Shown: piece after piece, positions 1 to 15,478 of the stretch | Position numbering within the stretch: the stretch's first letter is position 1 | How the letters are laid out: every line of letters starts with the position of its first letter | Origin: the human T2T-CHM13v2.0 reference genome, Homo sapiens | DNA: 64,000 bases | Assembly: GCF_009914755.1 (NCBI RefSeq) | Contig: NC_060925.1 | Reading direction: 5' to 3' (one strand) | Position numbers and translations under genes: made by a program | Notes under the pieces: generated by a model | Told to the model about the DNA's origin: nothing | Databases searched by the model: none | What the model saw: only the letters and a program-made list of their open reading frames with translations

Positions 1-99
1 TGAATAACATCTAAAACATCAAGATTGTATTTATTACCTCCGGAGAAGTTCTAGTTCTACTCTTTTAGCTCTGCTTTCAACTCTAAATTTGGAGCATAG

Positions 100-980
100 G
101 TGAGAAAGCCAGGAAAGGTAGTGGTTAGTGGTGTGCTGGAAAACCAGAAGAGTGTAGGATCACAGAGTTGAAGAAGGAGGAAGTAATTAACTGTGTTGAA
201 TATTTCTGTGGGGTCAAGGAGGGTAAAAACAAGAAGTGATCATTGACTGGCATTCTGGATGCCATTACTGACCTTGTTAAGAGCAATTTCATTGGAGTGT
301 TGGAGAGGGGAGCATGATTTGAGTGGATTAAGGAGAAAATGAATGGAGAAGTGACAACTCCTTTAAGAAGTGTTGTTAAAGGGGGCAGAGAAATGAGTTG
401 ATAGCGGATATGGATGTACTATCAGGAAAGAGGGTATTTTTTGTTTTTAAAGTAGGATGTTTAGAACAGCATTATCCCGCAGAACTTTCCCCAATAATGG
501 AAATGTTCTATGATCTGCACTGTCCAATATGGAAGCCACAAACCACATGTGGCTAGTGTAACTGATTCTTTTTAACTTAATTTCCATTCATTTAAATAGT
601 CACATATGTCTAGTGACTTTTGAATTGCACAGCATAGTTCTAGAACATGTGCATTAACTGATGGTAACAGTCTGAGAGGAAGAAATTGTTATAGTACTAA
701 AGGACATTATTAAAGGAATGACATCATGAGTAGATGAGAAAGGCTAGAACCCAAAGCACAATGGAAGGATTAACTGTTGATAGTAGCAGGGGTACTAGAT
801 CCTCTGAGGGAATGCAGAAATGCTGACATAGATGAGAGGTCACTGGTAGATTTAATGGTAAAGGATAAGGGATTTTCTTTTTACTTCTGTTTTCTCTATA
901 ATGTACCAGGCAGTGTAATCATGCAGAGAGATCAGAAGGCTAGAGGAAAAAGGAGAAGGTATAAAATAATCTTTTGATAC
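100..980 (-). mobile_element. L2 LINE remnant interrupted by MER3
   Basis: Purine-rich L2-type motifs such as actgaccttgttaagagcaatttc; similar to 10560-10900. Confidence 0.6.
467..637. mobile_element. MER3-like hAT-Charlie MITE
   Basis: aatggaaatgttcta...tgcactgtccaatatgg...ccacatgtggcta; degenerate 8-bp TSD gtttagaa/ttctagaa. Confidence 0.7.
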
Positions 981-1063
981 AGGGAAATTACATATTGCCC
1001 ATTCAAGATTTGTGGTTATTATTTTAAGGTAGCATCAATCAGCATAATTGTTACTAATTGTTT

Positions 1064-1264
1064 TATATATATATATGTATATGTATATATACACAATATA
1101 TGTTATATAACCTATAACATATATGTTATATAACTTATGTAACCTATATATGTTATATACATGTATGTATATATGTTATATATACATATACATATGTATA
1201 TGTATATATAACATATGTTATATAACCTATATATGTGTATGTATATATATAGAGAGAGGGAGAG
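1064..1264. repeat. (TA)-rich low-complexity compound microsatellite
   Basis: Reiterated atatatgttatataacct units with (TA)n and (GA)n. Confidence 0.9.
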
Positions 1265-2604
1265 TTTCTCTTCTTCACAATAAACTACAGGGTGAGTATC
1301 GTCTTCCTTTCCCTAGGTAAAATTGAGGCTCACCTTAGGTCCAAATGCTAGCGGCTGAATCAGGATTCTAATCCACGTCACTCTGACTCTAAAGGTCATC
1401 TTCTTTCTACTGTATCACACTGCCCTTTTCATCTGTAACTACACTGTCCTCCCATTTTTTAATTTGTAAAATTAAGCCAGTTTCTACAGGAATTATTCTT
1501 TACTTTGTGTTTTAAGATAACTGCAGTCATGTACTTGTACTGCCACATATGGAAGTAGGAGAAATCTTTTCAACCAGGTTATTTCATTAACAGTGGAGCT
1601 CAGCTTAAGGCCTCATCCATGAGGATGCCATGTAGAAAGAGTGGAGGGATATCTGGCTAAAACAGCTATGTTGTCAGAGTCCAAAAAGAGGAAGAAAAAG
1701 TACACCTTGATCTTTTTCCCCAATAAAAGCAGTTTTTAAAGAAGGCACGGTAGATACTATCTCAGTTTCCTATCAACTGTCTTGGAGTTTATAGAAAATA
1801 ATGACTACATTCATCAAATTCTGACAAAACATAAATATTTTTGATAGATATAAGATCAACATTTTCTTAACTTCCCAGGTAGATTATGTAAAAATCAGAA
1901 TCTCAGAACTGAAAAAGATCTTATTGTGCATTTGGCCCAGCCTTCTGTCTGTTGCAAAATCTCCTCTATGCCATCAAGTTGGTATTACAGCTTCTTGACC
2001 ATTTCTGGAGATAGGTAGTTAACACCCTCACAGAGAAGCTCCCTCTTTCTTTGTAAACTGCTGTAATTGTTATAAAGATCTTTTCACATTGAGCTTTTTT
2101 CTTTTAACTTTTGGTTGTTGATCTTATTTCAGCTCCTCCAGATCAATATGGGGATGCAGAACAATAGCAGTGATTTGGGTATCTGTCTTTTTCCTGATCT
2201 TCAGGGAATACATCTAATGTTTCATCCGTATTTTCTGTACATTTTTGGTAGTTAGCCTATATTAAGTTAAGGAAGTGTCCTTCTAATAGTTTTTTTCCAA
2301 GTCATAAATAAGTGTTGGACTTTATAAAGTGATTGTTACTGTAAATTTCCCTGTGGGGCACACTCTCAGGTGTGTCCTACAAATTTTGATACATGTTTGT
2401 TTATATTTCCCAAATACTTGTCATGGCACCTGGCACATAATTAGTACTCAAGAGTATTTATTTATTTATTTATTCAAACATCCTCCTTTCCTTTTTTTAA
2501 AATGGACGATAGAATCCATGTTTACTGATATGTTGCATAATAACTTAAGTAAAAGGGAGTGCTTAACTTGATTATGATGTTAATATCTCTCCTTTATATT
2601 TCAG

Positions 2605-2754
2605 GTACAGCAGTTGCAAGGAGTTTACAGTTTACAGGAACAGCACTTCTGGACTTTATGTTCTGACGTTTATGTTGGGACCTTGAAATTAATAGTAGCA
2701 CCTGATGCTGATGCTAGGTGGATTTTAAGCCAAACACATAATATTTTTACTCAG
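2605..2754 (+). CDS. SLC30A7: SLC30A7 (ZnT7) penultimate coding exon, CDF C-terminal domain
   Basis: Acceptor tttatatttcag| and donor |gtatgt. 150 nt, phase 0, translating to VQQLQGVYSLQEQHFWTLCSDVYVGTLKLIVAPDADARWILSQTHNIFTQ, recognised as the ZnT7 C-terminal domain. Confidence 0.96.
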
Positions 2755-2826
2755 GTATGTCTTTTTTACTAACTTCTTTTAAGGGCCTTAACATTTTTTA
2801 TAACTAGTAGTTTTAAAAATATTTAC

Positions 2827-3108
<282 letters not shown>

Positions 3109-3137
3109 CTATAAGGTAAGCATAAAACCACATTTTT

Positions 3138-3432
3138 GGCTGGGTGCGGTGGCTCACACCTGTAATCCCAGTGCTTTGGGAGGCTGAGTCAGGTGGATCA
3201 CGAGGTCAGGAGATCAAGACCATCCTGGCTAATACAGTGAGACCCCGTCTCTCTACTAAAAATAGAAAAAATTAGCCGGGTGTGGTGACAGGCGACTGTG
3301 GTTCCAGCTACTTGGGAGGCTGAGGCAGGAGAATGGCATGAACCCAGGAGGCGGAGCTTGCAGTGAGCCAAGATCACGGCCACTGCACTCCAGCCTGGGC
3401 GACAGAGCAAGACTCGGTCTCAAAGAAAAAAG
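3138..3432 (+). mobile_element. Alu (Y/Sc-like)
   Basis: Full dimer; perfect TSD aaaaccacattttt at 3124-3137 and 3433-3446. Confidence 0.95.
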
Positions 3433-4043
3433 AAAACCACATTTTTTTTTTTCCGAACACAGACAGAGTCAAGTTTGGGAAATACCTGTTTTAGTTAATA
3501 TTCTTCAGGAATAGAAAGATAGTTCCTATATGCTCATCATTGTACTTATTTGAGTTCCTTCAAGAAAAAGTATATTATCCTTTACTGCACATTTCTTATA
3601 AGATATGTTAGGTACTATTTGAAGCCAAGAATTCTAAAACAGTGTTTGGAATAAGAATAAGTGGCTTTAGCTAAAAGCAGACTGTTAACTTTTTTGTGTG
3701 ACAGCAAAACTATGGTCACCTACTGAGTGATTTAATACCTTTATATGCTGTTGAGTTTTTCTTAATAGTGCATTTGGAATCATGAATTAGTCAGTGCATG
3801 GTCTACAACCAAGTTATTTCAGTTAAGGCTCATGCCATCATGAGTTAACATAGCTATGTAACTGACTATTAAAGACTGATTACTATGGTATGTATTGTGT
3901 ATATATTGGGAGAATAAGAAGGTCATGTCAGTAACATCTAAGAAAGAGGCAGAGAGAATATAAATTCTGTTCTCAGTCTAGTTTGTTGGAAACATTTGGC
4001 AAAAAACCCTAGACATTGATACCACTGTCAGAATCATCTAACA

Positions 4044-4335
4044 CAGCAGTCCCCAACCATTTTGGCACCAGGGACCGGCTTTGTGGAAGACAGTTTTTCC
4101 GTGAACAGGGGTTGGAGGTGGTGGTGGGAGGGATGGTTTTGGGATGAAACTGTTCCACCTCAGATCATTAGGTATTAGATTCTCATAAAGAGCACACAGC
4201 CTAGATCCCTCACATGTGCAGTTCCTATGAGAATCTAATGCCACAGTTCACCCGCCACTCACCGCTGTGAGTGGCCTTGTTCCTAACAGACCATGGACCA
4301 GTACTGGCCCGTGGCCCAGGGGTTAGGGACCCCTG
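4044..4335. mobile_element. MER1B-like hAT-Charlie element
   Basis: TIRs cagcagtcccc.../...gggacccctg; perfect 8-bp TSD ATCTAACA at 4036-4043 and 4336-4343. Confidence 0.88.
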
Positions 4336-4439
4336 ATCTAACACATAGATCTAATGAAGAAACAGGTTCCATGTGTTAAAAATCTGTGGTTGAAACTGAC
4401 ATTATATTCCTCCTGATTTGATACCATGGGGAATACAGA

Positions 4440-5503
<1,064 letters not shown>

Positions 5504-8500
5504 CTAACTAAAATATCCAATGCAATTGTTACTTTCTCTCTGAAGCCTTAAGTGTCCCACAAAGCAGAATTACTTTATCCTATGTCATACATATCACATT
5601 GTACAACTTGTGTGCAAGTTCCTACCAGCTGTCATGATTTTGCATTCCCAGTGCTTAGAAGATGTATATGTGTATAATGAATTTGTTATATAAACAGATT
5701 TTAAAAACTGTATTTGATTAAAGCCATCTTTATATATGCTAAGTATGGAAAAATATCGTTGGGTTCCCATTGGTCTTTTTTAACCACAAGCTCAAAAAGA
5801 TCTTAATGAGATCTAAAATCTGTCTTTCTGATAAAGAGAAATGTGTCATTAGGTCCCTTTGGGAGTAAATTAATGAAATAATCTTACGTATAATTAGGAT
5901 TTACTCCAGTGCTAATCTTATGTGTAATCAAGACATACACTACTACAAACAATATGCTGGTACCACTTATTTATTTCAGAATTTTAACAACCAGGTGTCT
6001 TTCTTAACAGACACTGTAAGTCTATATCATGACATTCATAATGAAGCATGCAAGACCTTCACAATGTGTCTGAATCCTTCTTACACCTTCTACATGTTTC
6101 AGGGACAACAAGATAACCAGGCTAGCAGTAATGTTTCTTTTCACTGACATTTCCAGATTATTTTTCCCTCCTTTACCTTGAATTTTCTCCTAGATATGCA
6201 ATGTCCTTTTACCCTTATAGTGTGAGCTTCTGTTGAATTCTAGGACACTCCATATTCTCCTAAGACTTTGGCATTTACTCACAATTTGCCCTCTGAAAAG
6301 GAATGCAATTTCTAGTTTTAGAAATGTGCAAGCAGCTGTGTCCGGGCTTAGGAACTCTTGAAGTTTTCATTCAAGTAAGTGGAAGGAGGTTCTTCCGGTA
6401 ACTTTAGAAATTTTGGCTTTTAAAATGGCTGAAATTGAAAGTTTATTCAGCTGCTTCTTTGGTTTTGGAAACTGCATTTGAGCTTTGAATATTTTAAGCC
6501 CTGAAAAAATATTTTAAGCCTTTTTATCACCTAAGGTCAAGTCTACTTTATTTCATTCCTTGCAGAGACCAGGGATTCTTTGAGACTTGCAGTGAAGGTG
6601 GCTCAACACATTTTTCCTAGGGGAGAGGGGAGTCACCCTACTAATGACTTTCATTCCTACATTTAATGATTTTAAAATTGTTTTGTGATCACTGCTTTAG
6701 TTCTGACTTATGCAGATTGAAATTTTCATGAATTTATTTTCCTTTTCTGCATATACCCTAGTAATGCATGGTCCTTATGCAATTAGTATATGCCAAGGCT
6801 TGCAGGAGCATTTTTATTTTATGAAATGAAATTTAAATTTAAAAAAAATTTTGATCTTAAATTACATCTTATAAATTTTACTTATCAAAAATAAGAAAAC
6901 TCAAATTGCTCCCTTTTCGATCACATAGATGCTTCAGGTGTATTTCTTACAGACAGATTCAAAATACTGGTGGCCTTAGTTCCAAAATACCAAAAGAAGG
7001 ATTTTTTTCAATAATAAGTTATAGCTTTTGATTTATTACATTTTTAGGTATCTTTCTTATAGCCAGTCTTAAATTACAATGTAAGTGATAGTTTTTGGTT
7101 AAAAATTGTTTTGTTAAAACTTTTATGAGGATAACTTTAAACTGAGAAGACCAATATCTAAAAGTTGGAGAATTATAACTTTCTATTTGGTTAATAAAAC
7201 TATAGTTTTGTGACTATATCTTAGGCAATATCCTTTTTAATTTCATTTTCCAGAGTTACCAATTAATCTTTAACTGCTAAAGAAGTTGGCTTGCTGTACG
7301 TGAATATAAACTAATGCAAGTGGATTGCTAAAAGCCACTTCAGTACTCAGATTGCTTTGGGATTAAGTGACAATACAGTTTTTAAAGTACCAGGTTTTCT
7401 GTTGACATACAAAAAGTCTTCTCCCTCTTTTTCCCCTTGCACTAATTTTTTTTTTAATGAGTTATCATTTGGGAATTGATAAAATGGAGAGTTTACCTTT
7501 TGTGTTTAGTGTACAAACAGCAAAAAAAAAAAAATGGGATACTAGATTAGGAAGGCAATTAACATCTTATGTTTTAAATTGGCCAATAGTATTTGTTAAT
7601 TTTTTTAAATAGCACACTTCACAATCATAACTGTAATCCTAAAAATTTTAATATACCTTTTTTGTTAGAAATAATGTTTGAAGAAAACATGTTAAAGAAA
7701 CATGTAGAAATATGTTTGAAGAAAAGTCTATAATACGCTTGGGGTTTATTACCATTATCAGTTCCACAAAACACAAAAGATGGTCTCTCCTAATACATAT
7801 TTACTCCTTGATAGAACTTCTACCTTTATTTCTTCCATCTTTTCTACTCTTTTGCCTTTCTCACTTGTGCCTGATAAGTCCTAAGCCCCCAACTTCCTGC
7901 TTCAGCTTTTTGTGCTCTATTCTCTGTCCTCAAAATAGAAGTTAACACTGATACTCAGGAAGAAACCAAAAAGCCTCCTCACAAGCCCAAGTAAGAGTGC
8001 TCCAAGTTTCAGATACTTTCTGCCTCCGTAAACTCTCCTAGGATCATAATCCCTTCCTGTGGCTTTATCTAACTTTGCTCTGTCTTCTTGAGGGAGGGGG
8101 TACAGAGTAGGAGAAAGTGGATTACTATTTTTCCACCTTTCCTTTTTTTTTCTCTAAGCTTTTGGTCAAGGGCTTTAATGTTTCCTAAGTATTGATTTTG
8201 GTTGCCTGCTCTGCAGTTTTTCCTTATCCATCTTCCCATTATCTTTCTTCATCATTTGTATTTGAAGTCCGCCAGAATCTGACCTCCTTTGGAGGTTGGA
8301 GAGAACAACCACAGGTTGTGAGGCCAACAGATCCCTAGGTTTATTGTTTTTAAGTAATCCATATGATTTAAGTGTTCACTGGTTGATGAATAGTGGTGGA
8401 AATAATAACAGCACCAGCAGCTAGTATTTATTGAGAGCTCATCATGTGCCAAGTACTGTGATCAGTACCTAACATATTAAATGAGCCTCAAAAGACAATT

Positions 8501-10279
8501 TACAGACAAAAAAACCCACACTCAAGTTACTGTTATTGACTTGTAATTTAGTCACAGTTACTCATTATTTTGCTAACTCTGAAATGATTTAGGTTTCACA
8601 AGGAAGAGTAAGGCAGTTTTTCAAGACTTCATTTTAAAGGGATAAGGATGAATATATGTACAGTCGAAATAATTTTCTATAGTCATATTCCCGTTTATTT
8701 CCCTAAATTTTTTACTTCCGATTTGTTATCCTTTCTACAACAATAAATATGTATTGAAGATATTCTAAGCCTATAGCACCAGGTTAACATTTATTTTCTT
8801 AGGAGCATGAAAGTGTTCAAAATAGGTGCCTTTCCCATTTATAAAAATGTTGACTGGAGTATGGTTTGTACATTATTCTCAGGATATGCAGTGAGTACTA
8901 TATGGTTTTCACATTTTAAGGACCTGTCAGCCAGCCTCTGGCTCCTGGTCCCATTCTAGGGGTAGAATTTATGATGGATCTGAGTAGTGTTTTCATCTGT
9001 TGGAGTGTCTGTCATGTCTTTGTGATGTGAATAAACTGTAGAAAACTTAGTTTGCATTCAGAGAGTAGGTGACTTACCATAGGATTCTTCCACTTTTCTC
9101 TTTACTTTAAAGGAAACTGGAAGAGGAAAATGAGAATCTGTAAAACTTGAAGCTGTCCTCATCGGGCCAGATGGATAAAGCAAAATGACTTTTTTTTCTT
9201 TTTTTTTTCTGTTAGACTGAGCTTTTGTGGAAAGCTGTAAGCCCTCAGGGGAAGGATATCAGCTTGAGTAATTAACTCATGATTATGCAAAGAAAATTTA
9301 CCTAGCCTCTTTGTTTTTCCTTTCTTTGTTATTGCCTTGGGCTACTTCATTTTTTATTACCATCTTCTCTGTTTAGGGCTAGGAGTAAGGAAAATGACAG
9401 AGACAATAAAAAGAGCCCAAGTTTTGCCCATTTTGCTTTCACTAACAATGTTGTTGAAAAATAAAAGAAATTAAGACAATTTATTTGAACAATATTTGTT
9501 TCCTCTTATGGTTTGATATATAAGAATTTTTAAAGAGTTCCTAAGTACAGTCATTTCAGGTGTCATCTGGATAATGTCAGATCATATAATTGTAATCAAT
9601 CTTAATAATTTGTTTGTAATAGCCTTTTATAAGTACCTGGTATATAGCAAGGATTTATTGAATATCTGTCAAATATTGGATGAATATGTAACAATTGTGT
9701 GAGATTAGTAGGGCTGGTGTTTATCAATGCTTTTAAAATGAGAAAAAATTAAGTTTGATTTTAATTTGTAACTCAAGAACATACAGATACTGAATTCTGT
9801 CTTTTTTTCTGCCACATCATCTTAACTGAGGAGAGGATGCTATTAAATATATTTTTCTTAAATTTGAATAACAGAGGCTTTAACTTTCCACAGGAAAAAA
9901 AAAAAGAAAAAAAAGGAGAAGCACCAGCAAAATTAAAATATATTTCTTTTGCTGACAAGCTTCTAGAGCCTGCAAGCCTTTTATCCATTCGAGTAGTTCC
10001 TGAATCCTTTCAAGCACTCAGTATTGTACAGAGCCCTCCTACCTGAATTCTAGAAAAAAAGCCAAGCTAGGAAACAGTGCTTTGAGGAGTCCAGAAATTA
10101 CTGTAAGAAGGTAGTGCTAATAGATTTTTTCCTCACTCTGATTTTTTTCCTATTAAATATTCCAATTTACCTTTTATTCTGTGGTACTGAGAAGAAAGGG
10201 CTTATTGTGACTAATGGGTTCCTTTAATTAAAAATAGATCATTTTGGGTTGAAAGAAGGAAATTAGTAGAATTTTAGTT

Positions 10280-11200
10280 AATTCAACAAATACTTATTGA
10301 TCACTTACTGTGTGCTGGCTCTCACTTGAGGTTCTAGGAGTCAGCAATGTAAAGAAGAAGACCAAATCCTTTATCTCGGAGACATTATATTATAGTGAGA
10401 GGTCAATAATAAACAATAAACACCGTGAATAAGTTGTATAATACATCGCAAGGTGATAAGTTTACTGGGAGTGCTGAGGTATTTACCAGCTCTTGTACCA
10501 AGCTTTATTTTTTTCTTTAGCCTTTGGCGATTTCAGTTTTCAGAGAGGAGGAAGAACTAGCAGAGAAGACTGAGAAAGACTGATAAGTGAGGTAAAAGGG
10601 CAGCCAGTGAATATTCTCTGGAAGCCAAAAGGGAAAATATATATATCTATAGGCAGGAGTGACCATCTGTATTATTGCTGATAGGTGAAGTAGGAAGAAG
10701 AGGCCTGAGAATTGGATATTAATGTAAGCAATGTGGAAGTGACCTGGACACAGTTTGGGGGAAGTGTTGGGAAGCAAAAGATTGGTTGAAATGAGTTCAA
10801 GAGAGAAGTGAGAAAAAGGATTTTAGACAGCAAATATGGATAACTCTTTTGAGGCTTTTTGCTGTAAAGAAGAGCGGAGATGGGGAGCCCAGAAGGGGAT
10901 GTAGGGTTAAGTAAAGATTTTTGTTGCTTTTTGTTGTTGTTTTAAATAGCTTTAGGGGGTACAAGTGCAGTTTTGTTACTAGGATATATTGCGTAGTAGT
11001 GAAGTTTGGGCTTTTAGTGCAACTATCACCTGAATAGTGTACATTGTACCCAAAAGATAATTTCTCATGAGGTTTTTTCAAAGATAGAAACAGCTACAGT
11101 GTGTTTGTATGCTAATAGAAGTGATCTAGTTGAGAGGAAGTAAATTGATAATACAGAAGATATTGGGGAGAATTTAGAGAGCAGTATCCTTGAGTAGCAA
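10280..11200 (-). mobile_element. L2 remnant with an embedded L1 3' end fragment (~10915-11070)
   Basis: attcaacaaatacttattga L2 3' motif; the L1 piece has gtacaagtgcagttttgttac...gtacattgtaccc. Confidence 0.65.
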
Positions 11201-11645
11201 GTTCATATCCAAAACAGAAGAGAGAACTTGGAGTGCAAAATAATTCCAATAGATGGTTATACTTGCTAAATTGTTTACTAATCATTTATCACAGGAGGAT
11301 TTAGACAGGGTTGATGTATCAATTTCAACTAGGAGCCAACCAGTCAAGCATCATGGTGTCCTCTAACAGAGTAACTGTAGAAGGTGAACTGCATTTTTCT
11401 AAGTATCACCTGGATATCTGGATAGGGTGTGTGACTGTTAACATGGCTCTTTTTTTTTTGTTTGTTTTTTTGTAGTGGTAAATGGAGATTATTTTTTGTA
11501 GCTTATGAATATATTTGTTTCTGAAATGATTCTTTTCTTTTTTTAAAAAAGTGAGATTTGTAAAAGAAAAAAAATACTTTCCTGAAATGTGTAGGGTGTT
11601 ATTAGCTTGTTAGATTTTCTAACTTTTTTTTTTCTTACTTTTCAG

Positions 11646-11693
11646 GCTGGAGTGAGACAGCTCTACGTACAGATTGACTTTGCAGCCATGTAG
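11646..11693 (+). CDS. SLC30A7: SLC30A7 last exon, coding part (AGVRQLYVQIDFAAM*)
   Basis: ctaac branch-like motif, long T tract, ttttcag| acceptor. In frame with the previous exon; TAG followed immediately by TGA. Confidence 0.96.
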   Translation, partial: AGVRQLYVQIDFAAM

Positions 11694-12205
11694 TGAATGG
11701 AAAGAAATTATGCACCTTTTATGGACCAAATTTTTCTGGTACTGTACGATCCAAAACATTGTACCCAGCTTTTTAAAAGAGAGAAATTATCACTACAACT
11801 CCCGAGCACTAAGTAGACGGGGTAGAGTCAGCCGTTCATGCTTTGTGGGGAGTTCACAGCTAAGGGATCAGATTTAAGAGGATATCTCCTGGACTTTTGG
11901 TCTTTTCTTTTGTGCTCTTTCCTCCAAATCTTTTTGACTTCTGAGGTTTTTAGCTTAGGATGTTAATTTGTCCTTTTGTCTTTCTTTTTTTGTTTTTGTT
12001 TTCTGTTTGTTTGTTTTCATGTTGAATGCCCACACCACCATCCTCTCATCCCAGCCAGTAAGAATTTCAGTTGTGGGCCTCCAGTCTTCTGGAATGTCTT
12101 CACTGCAGCTGCTGGAAATCACTGCTTTCATTCCCACAAAACCAGTATTACTTTTTTTTAAAAAAAGAAAGAAATTGGAAATCTGTGCTATACGTAATGT
12201 CATAA

Positions 12206-12660
<455 letters not shown>

Positions 12661-14532
12661 TATGTTTTTTTTTTTTTTTTTTTTTTTAACAATGGATATT
12701 CTGTAAAATATCCTGTACAAAACAAGACTATTGCCAGTAATGTATACAAATTGTCTTTTTGTGTACTTCCAGCATAGGTTTGGATATATGAACATTTTTC
12801 TTTTATTGTTTTATCTTCACAGAAAATAAAAGGTGTTAATTTGCTTTTTAAAACAAATTTAATTATCACATTTTAAATTACTTTGTGGACTGTGTTTTCA
12901 AAACTTTGCAAATTCATCTGTTACACAGAAAATTTTGACTTAAAACATCTGCTGAATTCCAAATTTCTGTAATAGCTACTGTATCTGTGATAAACTTTCC
13001 TATATCTTTCCTTGCCATTTCTATGGATTTTATAATGAAAGAAAAAGGCATTGGAGACTGAAGGCAGAAATGGTTGTGACAGTGCTGTTTGGCTTTTTCA
13101 TTCTTCAAATGCCAAGTCATCCACTTTGTTTTCCTGTTTAGGCTTTGCACAAATACAATTGCTTTCAGGAATCCTAAAGCAGCATTTTATTGAGTTTGAA
13201 TTATTAAAGGTACAGAGGAAATGTGGTGATGTAGAACTTTTCCTAACACAGGTATCTAGGAAGTAAGTGCTGAGTTGATTTTCTAGGTTCTTACGTATTT
13301 GAAAAATAAAATTGCAATTCGAGATAAGTGCTTGAGCACTCTACTTAAGTATTCTCTGTGTTTTATGAAGAGAAAATGATCTGATTTTCCCTTATACTTC
13401 ATTTTACAATACATATTCCCTTTTAACTTAAAAAAATTGTAAATGTGGGAGAAAAAACCCTGCAGGATGGAAACAATTATTAAGAATGTAGATCAATAAG
13501 TACTTTTTAGTGATGTGGCAGAAATCCCTGTTGATTCTAAGTTTTAGAGTGTCTTTTCCCCTATTTCTGACCTACAACTATAAACTACTCTCTATTAGGA
13601 GAACTAGACCACTTTCTTCATTCTTTTCTAAACTGCTGCAGATTGCCGTGAACTCTATCAATAGTCTCTTTTCCGCAGGCAAAGTGGCATTTTCTAAACA
13701 TGTTTGCTTACTGCCAGGTGGTTTGAAATCTATGATTTACTGCAGTAGTATGTGCTTAAAACAACTGTTGAGGTCTTTTAAGCAGGAAAGTTCAAAAGGA
13801 AGTGTCCTGATAATGGTACTGGTTTTTCTACAAATATAAGTAGTCATTAGAAGTTTGCAACCACCACCAAGTCTGAGAGAACTCTGGGATATTCTGTGGG
13901 TTTTGGCATATTAGATAGAGAAAATGACAGATCTAGATGAAGGGAGCTTTTGGATGTGTGCCTTTAAAAACTGATTATGTATAAATACTGATATTTCACA
14001 TACGGAGATATTTGAAGACCCAAGTCTGCCTTTCACAGAGCCCTCCATTCCAAGTTTAGTTTTTGTCAAAATATGAATCATTTTATTTGACTGTACTATC
14101 AGTACACAAATGCATGAGTATGTTTATACAGTGTTAGACTGATGTGAATTTGCATTTGTTACATTACATTGCCAGCGCATATCATTTAGCAAGTTGGCAT
14201 TAACATTTATGCTTTAATTAAATGCCAGTATACCTATGTGTGCAGCAGTAAAAAATTAGTGAGAAAAAGCAACTTTTTGTCACTCTTAGGAAATATTTTG
14301 TCTTATTAGTGTTCTTGGCACATGTATATTACTAAAGTAGATAATTCCAATGAGAAATACTACCAGATTATTGTTATAAAATTAATTTACAATGTCCCTG
14401 ATATTGAGCTAACTCTTAAAAAAACCAAACAAAACTCGTATCTGAGTGTAACTTTGCCAATATTTTAAAAGCCAAAATATTCTCTGGACAACAAATTTGT
14501 ATTGCTCAGGGACAGTTTACCTTGCCTGGTAA

Positions 14533-14885
<353 letters not shown>

Positions 14886-15299
14886 ACTAGCTTTGGTTTT
14901 TTAAACATAGATTATATTCCTCAAGATGAAGGGCTTAACATATCCACAGCTTCCTCAGTTTGCTAACTCCCCATGCATCTTTGTGAAGGACAGTATCTAG
15001 TTTATCTGTAGGTCAGTGTTCCTTGTGCTGTCATTTCCCTTATATCTGGAATTTGTCAGCATTCCTGAAAACCTACACGTGTATATCAGTAACCAAAATG
15101 CTATGCCTTTTTTGCACCTTTGTACAGCAGCCAAATCATGAACTCAAAATGTATTTGATCACAGTTCTATAATGTTTTTACCTACCTATTATGGAATAAT
15201 CAGTTTTTACAGAGATTATTAATATGGTAGAACCCTGTTATGTAATTCCAAAACTTAAGAACCATATTTACATTGCTTAACACAGAATTTTACATCTAA

Positions 15300-15478
15300 G
15301 CAAGGACTGGCTTTAGAAGCAGTGTAGTTCTACCTCTCATTTTACAGATGAGAAAACCGAAGCCCAGAAAAACTCTCATTTGCTCAAAGTCACAGAGAAA
15401 ATTAGTGGCAAAGCCAAAAAGATTCAGATCTTCTGACTCGAAGTTGAGAGTTCTTTATACTCTATTATGCTGCCTCTC
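15300..15478 (-). mobile_element. MIR
   Basis: Core motif cattttacagatgagaaaaccgaagcccaga. Confidence 0.8.

Noticed and set aside
1123-1320. Tyr/Ile/Cys-rich ORF
   Set aside because: Translation of the (TA)-rich microsatellite.
6322-6380. + strand ttttag|...CAA|gtaagt pseudo-exon in the SLC30A7 intron
   Set aside because: The tract is short and interrupted by an upstream AG; no other support.
13510-13839. 109-aa + strand ORF in the SLC30A7 3'UTR
   Set aside because: Leu/Ser/Phe/Lys bias typical of AT-rich non-coding DNA and no recognisable domain; would need Ribo-seq or PhyloCSF support.
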